From a virus (lineage: Duplodnaviria > Heunggongvirae > Uroviricota > Caudoviricetes), in IMG/VR virus record IMGVR_UViG_3300036770_002544, positions 1 to 10,653 of that record: 10,653 bases of DNA. One strand, 5' to 3'. Made by a program: the position numbers and the translations under genes. The notes beneath the pieces were generated by a model that made no database searches, was not told the origin of the DNA, and saw only the letters and a program-made list of their open reading frames with translations. Shown here one piece after another: positions 1-6,172 of this stretch (positions are counted from its first letter, which is position 1; each line of letters begins with the position of its first letter).

Positions 1-17
1 TTGTTCAAGGAAAAACA

Positions 18-167
18 ATGAACGACCAACTGACAAACCAAGAACTTATTAAGACATTGAGAATTGCAAGTGAGTCTGTTCAAGACAATATTGCACTGTC
101 GATGTTATTGATTATTGCAGCAGAGCGCATTGAACGACAGCACGCCGCATTGTATGGGGATCGATAA
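18..167 (+). CDS. small hypothetical protein (49 aa)
   Basis: ATG at 18 after AAGGA, reads MNDQLTNQELIKTLRIASES...YGDR. The TAA at 165-167 overlaps the next ATG (TAATG). Confidence 0.7.
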   Translation: MNDQLTNQELIKTLRIASESVQDNIALSMLLIIAAERIERQHAALYGDR

Positions 168-385
168 TGAACCAACGAATTCGAGAACTTGCTGAACAGG
201 CATCAAAGGAAGCGTTTCCAGTTGGTAGTATGGCTTGGATGGAAGTGTTTGCCAAGTTGCTTGTCAAGAAAACACTTGACGAAGTTGCTGAACGTGCATA
301 CTACTCTGGTGATCGTGCCTGGAGTGATGAATTAGATCGCCCTTGGATTGAACTGGAATTTGGATTTGGAGAATTAGCAAAATGA
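167..385 (+). CDS. hypothetical phage protein (72 aa)
   Basis: ORF track; coupled on both sides (TAATG, ATGA). Confidence 0.8.
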   Translation: MNQRIRELAEQASKEAFPVGSMAWMEVFAKLLVKKTLDEVAERAYYSGDRAWSDELDRPWIELEFGFGELAK

Positions 386-552
386 CTTGGATACTAACAA
401 TTTGCACCGCAGGCTGGCTCATGTGCGGAAGTGTGCTGGTTCAAGAATATCCAACCGAAGCACATTGCTACAAGGCACTAGATACCCTGTACAAAACGCA
501 GGGCCGGGACCGATTTAACTATGTAGTTTGCTCTCCCGGGAGGGCTCAATGA
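382..552 (+). CDS. small Cys-containing hypothetical protein (56 aa), hydrophobic N-terminus
   Basis: MTWILTICTAGWLMCGSVLVQEYPTEAHCYKAL...CSPGRAQ; ATGA overlaps at both ends. Confidence 0.7.
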   Translation: MTWILTICTAGWLMCGSVLVQEYPTEAHCYKALDTLYKTQGRDRFNYVVCSPGRAQ

Positions 553-662
553 CCTACATTGCCAACTACAATAACACTATTCAGTTGCCGTGGGAACCGG
601 GTTTGTTAGAATGGTTGCAAGCACAATATCCATATTCTCGTTATAGGATTGTAACACAATGA
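549..662 (+). CDS. small hypothetical protein (37 aa)
   Basis: MTYIANYNNTIQLPWEPGLLEWLQAQYPYSRYRIVTQ; ATGA overlaps with both neighbours. Confidence 0.6.
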   Translation: MTYIANYNNTIQLPWEPGLLEWLQAQYPYSRYRIVTQ

Positions 663-928
663 GCCTTGCCTATTACAAAATCCGTAAAAAGAGCGACCCC
701 ACTCAGTTTCGCATGGCCAATGGCACCTGGAACACATCGGGTAAAGTGTATGACACGCTGGGCAAACTTCGTGCTATAATCACAATGCACATGAACAGCC
801 ACAGCGAGTACCATCGGAACCAGATTCAAGACTGGGAAATTGTTGAATTTGAAGTGCGTGTTAAGGAAGTCAAGCAATTGATTGACATTGTTAAACCCGA
901 GAAGGTCTGGAACCTGTTGAAAAAATGA
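659..928 (+). CDS. hypothetical phage protein (89 aa)
   Basis: ORF track; ATGA coupling on both sides. Confidence 0.8.
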   Translation: MSLAYYKIRKKSDPTQFRMANGTWNTSGKVYDTLGKLRAIITMHMNSHSEYHRNQIQDWEIVEFEVRVKEVKQLIDIVKPEKVWNLLKK

Positions 929-1287
929 ATGAAACACTGATACTAATCACCTTGCTGTTTACCAAGCATTTTGTTGTAGACTTTCCGCTACAAACAAAAT
1001 ACCAGTGGAGCAACAAAGGCACATACTTTCACCCTGGTGGAATGTTGCATGCAGGCCTGCATGGCATTGGTACTTGGTTATGCTTTGTGTGGGTAGCGCC
1101 GCTGGCGTCAGTTTACCTTGCACTGTGGGATATGTTTATTCACTACCACGTTGACTGGGCTAAGACAAATATTAATAGTAAAATGGGCTGGGGGGCTAAT
1201 ACACATGAGCAGTTTTGGTGGCTGTTGGGTCTGGACCAGTTCCTGCATGCACTGACATATATTGGTCTTGTTTACATGGTGGTATAA
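925..1287 (+). CDS. DUF3307-like membrane protein
   Basis: Hydrophobic helices with the His/Asp motifs KHFVVDFPLQ, HAGLHG, HYHVDWAK and LGLDQFLH, as I recall for DUF3307. Confidence 0.75.
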   Translation: MNETLILITLLFTKHFVVDFPLQTKYQWSNKGTYFHPGGMLHAGLHGIGTWLCFVWVAPLASVYLALWDMFIHYHVDWAKTNINSKMGWGANTHEQFWWLLGLDQFLHALTYIGLVYMVV

Positions 1288-1514
1288 TGTCTTACTATGT
1301 TGATGGCGTAAAATATCAAGCGATGCATTTGCCTTGCGGCGGGACTGCATACTTCGACGAAGGCGCTGGGTATGGTTATCGTTGCGAAGATTGCATGGCA
1401 GTAGTAGGCAGCATTGGTCAACCTCGACATTGCAAGGACGAAGCTGACAAATACAAGAACTGGCAAAAGCTAGGTGGCCAGGGTTGGAACTATGAAAAAG
1501 GTGAACCAGCATGA
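1287..1514 (+). CDS. small Cys-rich, possibly Zn-binding protein (75 aa)
   Basis: The true start is probably ATG 1287 (TAATG overlap) rather than 1215; contains CGG, CEDC and HC. Confidence 0.7.
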   Translation: MSYYVDGVKYQAMHLPCGGTAYFDEGAGYGYRCEDCMAVVGSIGQPRHCKDEADKYKNWQKLGGQGWNYEKGEPA

Positions 1515-1813
1515 ATAAGTTTAGACCACAAGATACTCCTAAGTCGTTTATAATCAAAGACCGATTGAAGTACGGGCAAACTGACAATTATAACTGGCAA
1601 ACTCGTGCAAAATGGTATCCTGCAGGCTGGCGGCTCAACAAGCAAGTAATTGGCAACCAGCACAGTCGTCTGCATTACCTTGCGTGTCATGCACCTGCTC
1701 CTATCAAAAAGAAATGGCAGCAAGCATACAAGGTGTTCTACAAAAAACATTTTGGCACACTCAACGGCAGCATGCGATATCTAAACAAATGGAGTACTCA
1801 TTCATGGCTGTGA
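1511..1813 (+). CDS. basic hypothetical protein (100 aa)
   Basis: ORF track; ATGA overlap with the upstream gene. Confidence 0.75.
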   Translation: MNKFRPQDTPKSFIIKDRLKYGQTDNYNWQTRAKWYPAGWRLNKQVIGNQHSRLHYLACHAPAPIKKKWQQAYKVFYKKHFGTLNGSMRYLNKWSTHSWL

Positions 1814-2046
1814 CAGCAGTGCCAGATCACCGTGATATTATAGGACAGCCGTTGGCTGTGGGGGATTGTGTTGTTTTTCCCTCCAGCAATACCATGTACG
1901 TGGGCACTATCGTTAAACTCAACCCCAAGATGATCAAGGTTCGACGTGTGGGCAGATCCAAATGGGAACAAAACAAATACCCCCAAGATCTTGTCCGGGT
2001 GTCGGGCGCGGAGGTAACTATGTATTTGCTGAAAAACCAAGGATAA
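1804..2046 (+). CDS. hypothetical phage protein (~80 aa), possible SH3/KOW-like barrel
   Basis: 3' part of track ORF 1612-2046. Start is ATG 1804 or GTG 1810 (GTGA overlap); pattern LAVGDCVVF...YVGTIVKLNPKMIKV. Confidence 0.65.
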   Translation: MAVTAVPDHRDIIGQPLAVGDCVVFPSSNTMYVGTIVKLNPKMIKVRRVGRSKWEQNKYPQDLVRVSGAEVTMYLLKNQG

Positions 2047-2049
2047 ACT

Positions 2050-2304
2050 ATGACAAATATTGAACAACGAGTAATTGCAATTATTAAACAAGAGCTAAAG
2101 CTAGGCACCAGTCCTGAACTTACAGATGAACTAGCCAAGTTCGACGCTGATAGTTTGGACCGTGCTGAAATCATCTTTGGCTTAGAAGATGAGTTTGGCA
2201 TTTCTTTCAACATCCCAGATAAAGAAACAGCCCGCAAAATCTTTACCACAGTACAAGGTGTAGCGGATTGGGTCACTGAGCAAGTGACAGCTCAAAAAGG
2301 ATAA
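2050..2304 (+). CDS. acpP: acyl carrier protein
   Basis: 84-aa acidic protein with the DADSLD phosphopantetheine-serine motif followed by EIIFGLEDEFGI and TVQGVADWV. Confidence 0.85.
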   Translation: MTNIEQRVIAIIKQELKLGTSPELTDELAKFDADSLDRAEIIFGLEDEFGISFNIPDKETARKIFTTVQGVADWVTEQVTAQKG

Positions 2305-2305
2305 T

Positions 2306-2719
2306 ATGAAATATCTTCCCGAACTTGAACTTATCGATCGCTTGTGTATTGCTCGCATTAAATTTGAACGCACCACCGGTGGCAATCAAGACGAACTGGA
2401 TTGGTATGAAGCACAGTATCAACAGTTGATCTTGGATCTCAGTCCCGACCAGCTGACTCAACTGCAAAGCGACATTGCTGAAATTACTCGAATCCATAAC
2501 AAGATTTGGGACCTTGAGTGGCAACTCAAAAGCGGTGTTGAGCACTTGTTGGAACTGGACGAAATTGGTCGTCGTGCTATTGCTATCCGTGACTGGAACA
2601 ACAAGCGTATTACATTCAAGAACTCGATTGCCCAACTGTTTGGTTTAAAACTGCGCGAGATCAAAACAGATCACCTAAGCGACCCCGAACAGTTGTTTAA
2701 AACTGTCGACACTAAATAA
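2306..2719 (+). CDS. helical hypothetical protein, DUF6165/DUF4254-like
   Basis: Motifs ELIDRLCIARIKFER, HNKIWDLE and WNNKRITFKNSI resemble that family as I recall it; AAGGA SD present. Confidence 0.6.
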   Translation: MKYLPELELIDRLCIARIKFERTTGGNQDELDWYEAQYQQLILDLSPDQLTQLQSDIAEITRIHNKIWDLEWQLKSGVEHLLELDEIGRRAIAIRDWNNKRITFKNSIAQLFGLKLREIKTDHLSDPEQLFKTVDTK

Positions 2720-2734
2720 TTTTTCTGCTATAAT
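2706..2734 (+). promoter_or_regulatory. sigma70-type promoter for tRNA-CAT
   Basis: TCGACA (2706-2711), 17-nt spacer, TATAAT (2729-2734) with upstream TG; the tRNA starts 10 nt later. Confidence 0.65.
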
Positions 2735-2743
2735 AGCAGTATT

Positions 2744-2818
2744 GCGACTATAGCTCAAAGGTAGAGCAGGAAACTCATAATTTCTTGGTTACAGGTTCGA
2801 ATCCTGTTGGTCGCACCA
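2744..2818 (+). tRNA. tRNA with CAT anticodon (Ile2-like or elongator Met)
   Basis: Cloverleaf: acceptor GCGACTA/TGGTCGC, loop CT-CAT-AA, T-loop TTCGAAT, encoded CCA. The G27:U43 pair resembles Ile2. Confidence 0.9.
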
Positions 2819-2832
2819 AATTAAATAACTGT

Positions 2833-3207
2833 ATGAAAGTCACTGAAGATCAGTTTCGTTTTGAATGGTTCTCCGGCACAGGCAAAGGGGGACAGCATCG
2901 CAACAAACATCAAAATTGTTGCCGCTGTATTCACGAGCCCACTGGAATCACTGCCAACGGAACCAACAGTCGCAGTCGTGAAGACAATCGTGCAGCCGCA
3001 TATACAACTTGCCGCAGCCGAGTAGAAGCACACTTTCACACAGACACTGAGCGTTATCTCGCCGGCACTGAACGTATTCGAACATATCACGAAGCTGATA
3101 ACCGTGTGGTAGATCATGCATCGGGATTGACTGATAGTTGGACCAATGTTATAATCAAAGGTGACTTTGAGCCTGTGATAACAGCTCGGGCCAAAGCAGT
3201 TAGGTAA
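2833..3207 (+). CDS. stand-alone GGQ peptidyl-tRNA hydrolase domain protein (RF-1 domain, 124 aa)
   Basis: SGTGKGGQHRNK catalytic loop, IHEPTGITA strand, and ERIRTY...NRVVDH motif of class I release factors. Track start 2785 lies inside the tRNA, so ATG 2833 is used. Confidence 0.85.
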   Translation: MKVTEDQFRFEWFSGTGKGGQHRNKHQNCCRCIHEPTGITANGTNSRSREDNRAAAYTTCRSRVEAHFHTDTERYLAGTERIRTYHEADNRVVDHASGLTDSWTNVIIKGDFEPVITARAKAVR

Positions 3208-3214
3208 ACAATTT

Positions 3215-3289
3215 CTGGCGTTAGTATAATGGATAATACAAAGAGCTTCTACCTCTTGAATGTGGGTTCGATTCCTGCACGCCGGACCA
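3215..3289 (+). tRNA. tRNA-Arg(TCT)
   Basis: CTGGCGT/ACGCCGG acceptor, AAGAG-CT TCT AC-CTCTT anticodon arm, TTCGATT T-loop, CCA. Confidence 0.92.
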
Positions 3290-3295
3290 AATAAT

Positions 3296-3493
3296 ATGTC
3301 CTACGAATTTCACAAACCCGAAACCAATAGCATTGTGCTAAACAATGGCACAGACGAAATGCTACGTATTGCACCTGATGGGTTTTATGTTCGCGGCGAA
3401 AAAGTCCCTGCTGATCAGCAAGAAGCAGCAGCAATATATCATGCATTTAAACAATGGTTGATGTGGGCTAACTTGCAAAGAGATAATCAATGA
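3296..3493 (+). CDS. hypothetical phage protein (65 aa)
   Basis: ATG 3296 just after tRNA-Arg (track start 3260 is inside the tRNA); ATGA overlap with the next gene. Confidence 0.7.
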   Translation: MSYEFHKPETNSIVLNNGTDEMLRIAPDGFYVRGEKVPADQQEAAAIYHAFKQWLMWANLQRDNQ

Positions 3494-4029
3494 TTAGTTC
3501 AAGTCCAAAACGCGGTCACTTTCAGCGAGACTGCTACATCCAACGTTGCCAAGATGAGGGCGAAGAACCTGATCCCTTGATGCTCGGTATCTACGAGTAC
3601 AAGGATAGTTTAGATCCCGCAGCAGATAACAGCAACAACATGGAGTGGGATCTGCGCACCACTGATTGGATATTGGCCAAGGTCCGTACCAGCGAAGCAT
3701 ACGCTCAAAACTTGTATGCAGCCATGTGCAATAATGACTTTCAACGAAATGAAGTTTGGCCACAGTTAAAAAATCAAACTTGGTCATGCTCCTGGCGCTA
3801 TGCAGGAGGCATTGTTGCAGACATGCGTCAAGAAGGTGACTACATTGATTGGTACTGCTCGGGTATTAGAGGTAGTGCTAGTGAAGAACAACTAGCAGAA
3901 TACTCAGAAGAAGACCGCGAACGGTATCATTGGATGGACCAAAACTTTGTAAGTGAAATGACTGTAACCGATGAAATACGTGCAGATTTGTTTCGTTTAG
4001 GATGGATTGTGATTGACAATTCAGAATAA
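3490..4029 (+). CDS. acidic hypothetical phage protein (179 aa)
   Basis: ORF track; Trp/Tyr-rich segment YAQNLYAAMCNN...WSCSWRYAGGIVAD...YIDWYCSG; function not recognised. Confidence 0.85.
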   Translation: MISSSPKRGHFQRDCYIQRCQDEGEEPDPLMLGIYEYKDSLDPAADNSNNMEWDLRTTDWILAKVRTSEAYAQNLYAAMCNNDFQRNEVWPQLKNQTWSCSWRYAGGIVADMRQEGDYIDWYCSGIRGSASEEQLAEYSEEDRERYHWMDQNFVSEMTVTDEIRADLFRLGWIVIDNSE

Positions 4030-4045
4030 TAAATATATAATATAA

Positions 4046-4335
4046 GTTATTGCTGTATGAAGCAAAGAGAAAAGTGTTCTGGACGAGGGTTCGATTCCCT
4101 CCATCTCCACCAAAAGCATTCTATCCCCACCTGACGAGGAAGGATCAAAAGAACTAAAAAGAATGCTTCTGATGGGGATGATCTGGTTTCGACAGGGCAA
4201 AGAGTAACAGAGTGGACAGCACAAGAGCAACCTTGTAAAAAGAAGAAAATCTATAACTGCAAACGCAGCCAATGATGAGGTATTTGCCTTAGCGGCATGA
4301 TCTCTGGGGCAACTATGCCTTATTACCCAAAATAG
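4046..4335 (+). ncRNA. ssrA: circularly permuted (two-piece) tmRNA
   Basis: The acceptor piece comes first (T-arm GAGGG-TTCGATT-CCCTC, CATCTCC-A-CCA ending 4112), then an intervening segment (4113-4173). The coding piece starts GGGGATG at 4174 (G3:U70 pair) with GGTTTCGAC. The tag ORF 4259-4300 encodes ANAANDEVFALAA*. Outer ends are approximate. Confidence 0.9.
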
Positions 4336-4336
4336 T

Positions 4337-4359
4337 GGAACCTGCTTCGGCAGGTTTCC
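4337..4359 (+). terminator. UUCG hairpin after the tmRNA coding piece (terminator or 3' processing/stability hairpin)
   Basis: AACCTGC-TTCG-GCAGGTT; weak U-tract. Confidence 0.55.
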
Positions 4360-4384
4360 TGCTGAAATTTAACTCAAGGAAATT

Positions 4385-4984
4385 ATGAAAAAACTTTTAA
4401 CCACACTTATCGTAGCCGCTGCTGGTGCAGCATCTGCTCAAACCGTTGACAACTGGACAGCCAGCGGCGCACCTGTGCGCAATGGTACCCAAGAACTGTG
4501 CTGGCGTGATGCTAGCTGGACTCCTGCCACTGCTCATCCCGACTGCGATGGCGCACTAAAGAAACCACGTGTTACTGCAACTGTTCCTGCACCAGTGGCG
4601 CCTGTGGCCAAACCTGCACCACAGCCTGTGGCAGTCAAGCAATCCTATGCTGCCGATGCATTTTTTGACTTTGATAAAACTGTGATCAAGCCCGAAGGCC
4701 GTGCCAAATTGAATACGTTGATTGCAAACATCAACAACATCACTCTTGAAGTTGTGATTGCTGTGGGACACACCGATTCAGTCGGCACCGACACTTACAA
4801 TCAAAAACTAGGTCAGCGTCGAGCAGATGCAGTCCGTGCTTACCTAGTAAGTCAAGGTATTGATCCAAAACGAGTATATACCGAATCCCGAGGTGAGCTA
4901 AAACCGATAGCAGATAATCGAACTGCTGTGGGCCGTGCTCGAAACCGTAGAGTAGAAATTGAAGTAATTGGTACTCGGCGTTAA
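4385..4984 (+). CDS. ompA: OmpA-family outer membrane / peptidoglycan-binding protein
   Basis: Signal peptide, N-terminal CWRDASWTPATAHPDCDG, Pro/Ala linker, and OmpA C-domain (FDFDK, GHTDSVG...YNQKLGQRRADAV, RARNRRVEI); AAGGA SD. Confidence 0.92.
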   Translation: MKKLLTTLIVAAAGAASAQTVDNWTASGAPVRNGTQELCWRDASWTPATAHPDCDGALKKPRVTATVPAPVAPVAKPAPQPVAVKQSYAADAFFDFDKTVIKPEGRAKLNTLIANINNITLEVVIAVGHTDSVGTDTYNQKLGQRRADAVRAYLVSQGIDPKRVYTESRGELKPIADNRTAVGRARNRRVEIEVIGTRR

Positions 4985-4987
4985 CAT

Positions 4988-5019
4988 AAAACAAAAGCAC
5001 CCTAGGGTGCTTTTGTTTT
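4988..5019. terminator. bidirectional intrinsic terminator (perfect 32-bp palindrome)
   Basis: AAAACAAAAGCACCCT|AGGGTGCTTTTGTTTT directly after the ompA stop. Confidence 0.85.
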
Positions 5020-5032
5020 GGTAAATATTTTT

Positions 5033-5596
5033 ATGAAAAATTGGTGTCGAATTGATTTGCCTGGATGGCAAAAACATCAAACTCAGTTTCAAGAGTTTGT
5101 GATGGGCAAAGTTAGCAACAGCGACCAGGTATACAATTATATTCTGCCTGAAGATTTTAAGAAAAGTTGTTACGACCTAGCACAACTATTAGAAACTCAA
5201 ATTGGACTATTAGAACGATTGATAATCTTCAAAATGGATCAGCACAAGATGCAAAAACTAGGCCCTCAATTTATTCACGTGGACAGTGGTATCCAGACCG
5301 GCAGACTAAACTGGCCAATTTTGAATCCTGCTAGTGTTATCACACGCACATTTGAACCCACCGAACAAAGTTACCAACCTAGAAGACATTTTATCAATCC
5401 GCCCTACAAAGATTACGTAGACATCTACGATCCTGCACACTGTAGAGAAATTGATGCAGTATGCTTTGATCAGCCCACAGTGTTCAACATACTAAAACCA
5501 CACAGCATGTTTGTGAATGGGGACCAGTGGCCTAGAGTCATGGCCAGCTTTAATTTTCGTGATCCTAAAGTTTTGGCAAAATATCTTGAAGAATAG
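5033..5596 (+). CDS. putative 2OG-Fe(II) oxygenase-like (DSBH) protein
   Basis: HxD (FIHVDS), distal His (NILKPHSM) and RVMASFNF; start ATG 5033 follows TAAATA. Confidence 0.55.
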   Translation: MKNWCRIDLPGWQKHQTQFQEFVMGKVSNSDQVYNYILPEDFKKSCYDLAQLLETQIGLLERLIIFKMDQHKMQKLGPQFIHVDSGIQTGRLNWPILNPASVITRTFEPTEQSYQPRRHFINPPYKDYVDIYDPAHCREIDAVCFDQPTVFNILKPHSMFVNGDQWPRVMASFNFRDPKVLAKYLEE

Positions 5597-5607
5597 ACTA
5601 GAAAAAC

Positions 5608-5637
5608 TAGACTTTCTTGTTCGTAGGCATATATACT
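5608..5637 (+). promoter_or_regulatory. sigma70-type promoter for a leaderless leader peptide
   Basis: TAGACT (5608-5613), 18-nt spacer, TATACT (5632-5637); ATG at 5644. Confidence 0.5.
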
Positions 5638-5643
5638 AACACT

Positions 5644-5739
5644 ATGATGCAAAACATCCTATCCGCGCTGAACAGCATACAGTCATTAAACAATGACCTC
5701 TCGGCCTATGAGCGCGAAGATCAGCGAGGTCTTTGTTAA
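5644..5739 (+). CDS. putative attenuator leader peptide (31 aa)
   Basis: MMQNILSALNSIQSLNNDLSAYEREDQRGLC*; its stop lies in the antiterminator arm. Confidence 0.45.
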   Translation: MMQNILSALNSIQSLNNDLSAYEREDQRGLC

Positions 5740-5768
5740 AGTAGTACTCAAGTGTTACCTTAACAAAG

Positions 5769-5798
5769 ACCCTGCAACAAGCAGGGTTTTTTCTTTTT
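5769..5798 (+). terminator. intrinsic terminator / attenuator 3:4 hairpin
   Basis: ACCCTGC-AACAA-GCAGGGT followed by a long U-tract. Confidence 0.85.
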
Positions 5799-5802
5799 GT
5801 AG

Positions 5803-5831
5803 TTGACGAATAATTCAAGGTTTGCTACAAT
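5803..5831 (+). promoter_or_regulatory. sigma70 promoter P1 of the RNA array
   Basis: TTGACG, 17-nt spacer, TACAAT with extended TG; AT-rich upstream. Confidence 0.8.
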
Positions 5832-5875
5832 AGAAGCTTAGTTAGTTAAACAGTTGATCGCAACAGTTTAGCCAA

Positions 5876-5887
5876 GTTCTTTAAAAA
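5876..5887 (+). promoter_or_regulatory. rrn-type boxA-like antitermination site 1
   Basis: GTTCTTTAAAAA, versus rrn boxA TGCTCTTTAACA; ~45 nt after the P1 -10. Confidence 0.6.
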
Positions 5888-6096
5888 TTTGCAGTGTTGT
5901 TTAGGCTGATGGGCGGCAACTCGCCAGCAGTCTGTTACTTCTCCCTGATTAGTGTAGCTTTGCCGAGCGAAATAGGACGGAGTTGATATGATGAAAACTG
6001 GTAGACATGGGGTCGATATTAGACCCTGCGGGAAACTGCGTGTGGGTTCAAGTCCCACTATCATTTAAGAAGCATCAGCCTAAACAACATTGCAAA
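5888..6096. repeat. 24-bp inverted repeat (5888-5911 / 6073-6096)
   Basis: TTTGCAGTGTTGTTTAGGCTGATG pairs with CATCAGCCTAAACAACATTGCAAA, with a single G:U. Confidence 0.9.
5982..6066 (+). pseudogene. degenerate class II (Leu-type body) tRNA-like element, loop GATATTA, no CCA
   Basis: D-arm ATG-AAAACTGGTAGA-CAT, stem GGGTC/GACCC, variable arm GCGG-GAAA-CTGC, T-arm GTGGG-TTCAAGT-CCCAC; mismatched acceptor. Confidence 0.7.
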
Positions 6097-6102
6097 AAGT
6101 AG

Positions 6103-6131
6103 TTGACAATAAATTCATTGTTTGCTACAAT
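6103..6131 (+). promoter_or_regulatory. sigma70 promoter P2 of the RNA array
   Basis: TTGACA, 17-nt spacer, TACAAT with extended TG; near-duplicate of P1 (shared TTTGCTACAATA..AGCTTAGTTAG). Confidence 0.85.
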
Positions 6132-6160
6132 ACGAGCTTAGTTAGACAACTAACTAACTT

Positions 6161-6172
6161 GTTCTTTAAAAA
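6161..6172 (+). promoter_or_regulatory. rrn-type boxA-like site 2
   Basis: GTTCTTTAAAAA, identical to site 1 and preceded by the hairpin TTAGTTAG-ACAA-CTAACTAA (6138-6157). Confidence 0.6.

Noticed and set aside
1-2719. Something special in the chain of overlapping ATGA/TAATG small genes
   Set aside because: This is ordinary translational coupling in compact phage genomes, and no system-like motifs are seen.
641-5652. Minus-strand and alternative-frame ORFs from the track (e.g. 641-937, 1108-1587, 1827-2276, 2273-2635, 3494-3787, 4556-4771, 4740-5000)
   Set aside because: They are shadows of better-supported, translationally coupled + strand genes and carry no recognisable motifs.
5799-6172. 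CRISPR array or REP-type repeat from the duplicated promoter and boxA sequences
   Set aside because: There are only two copies 300 nt apart, and they are explained by promoter duplication.
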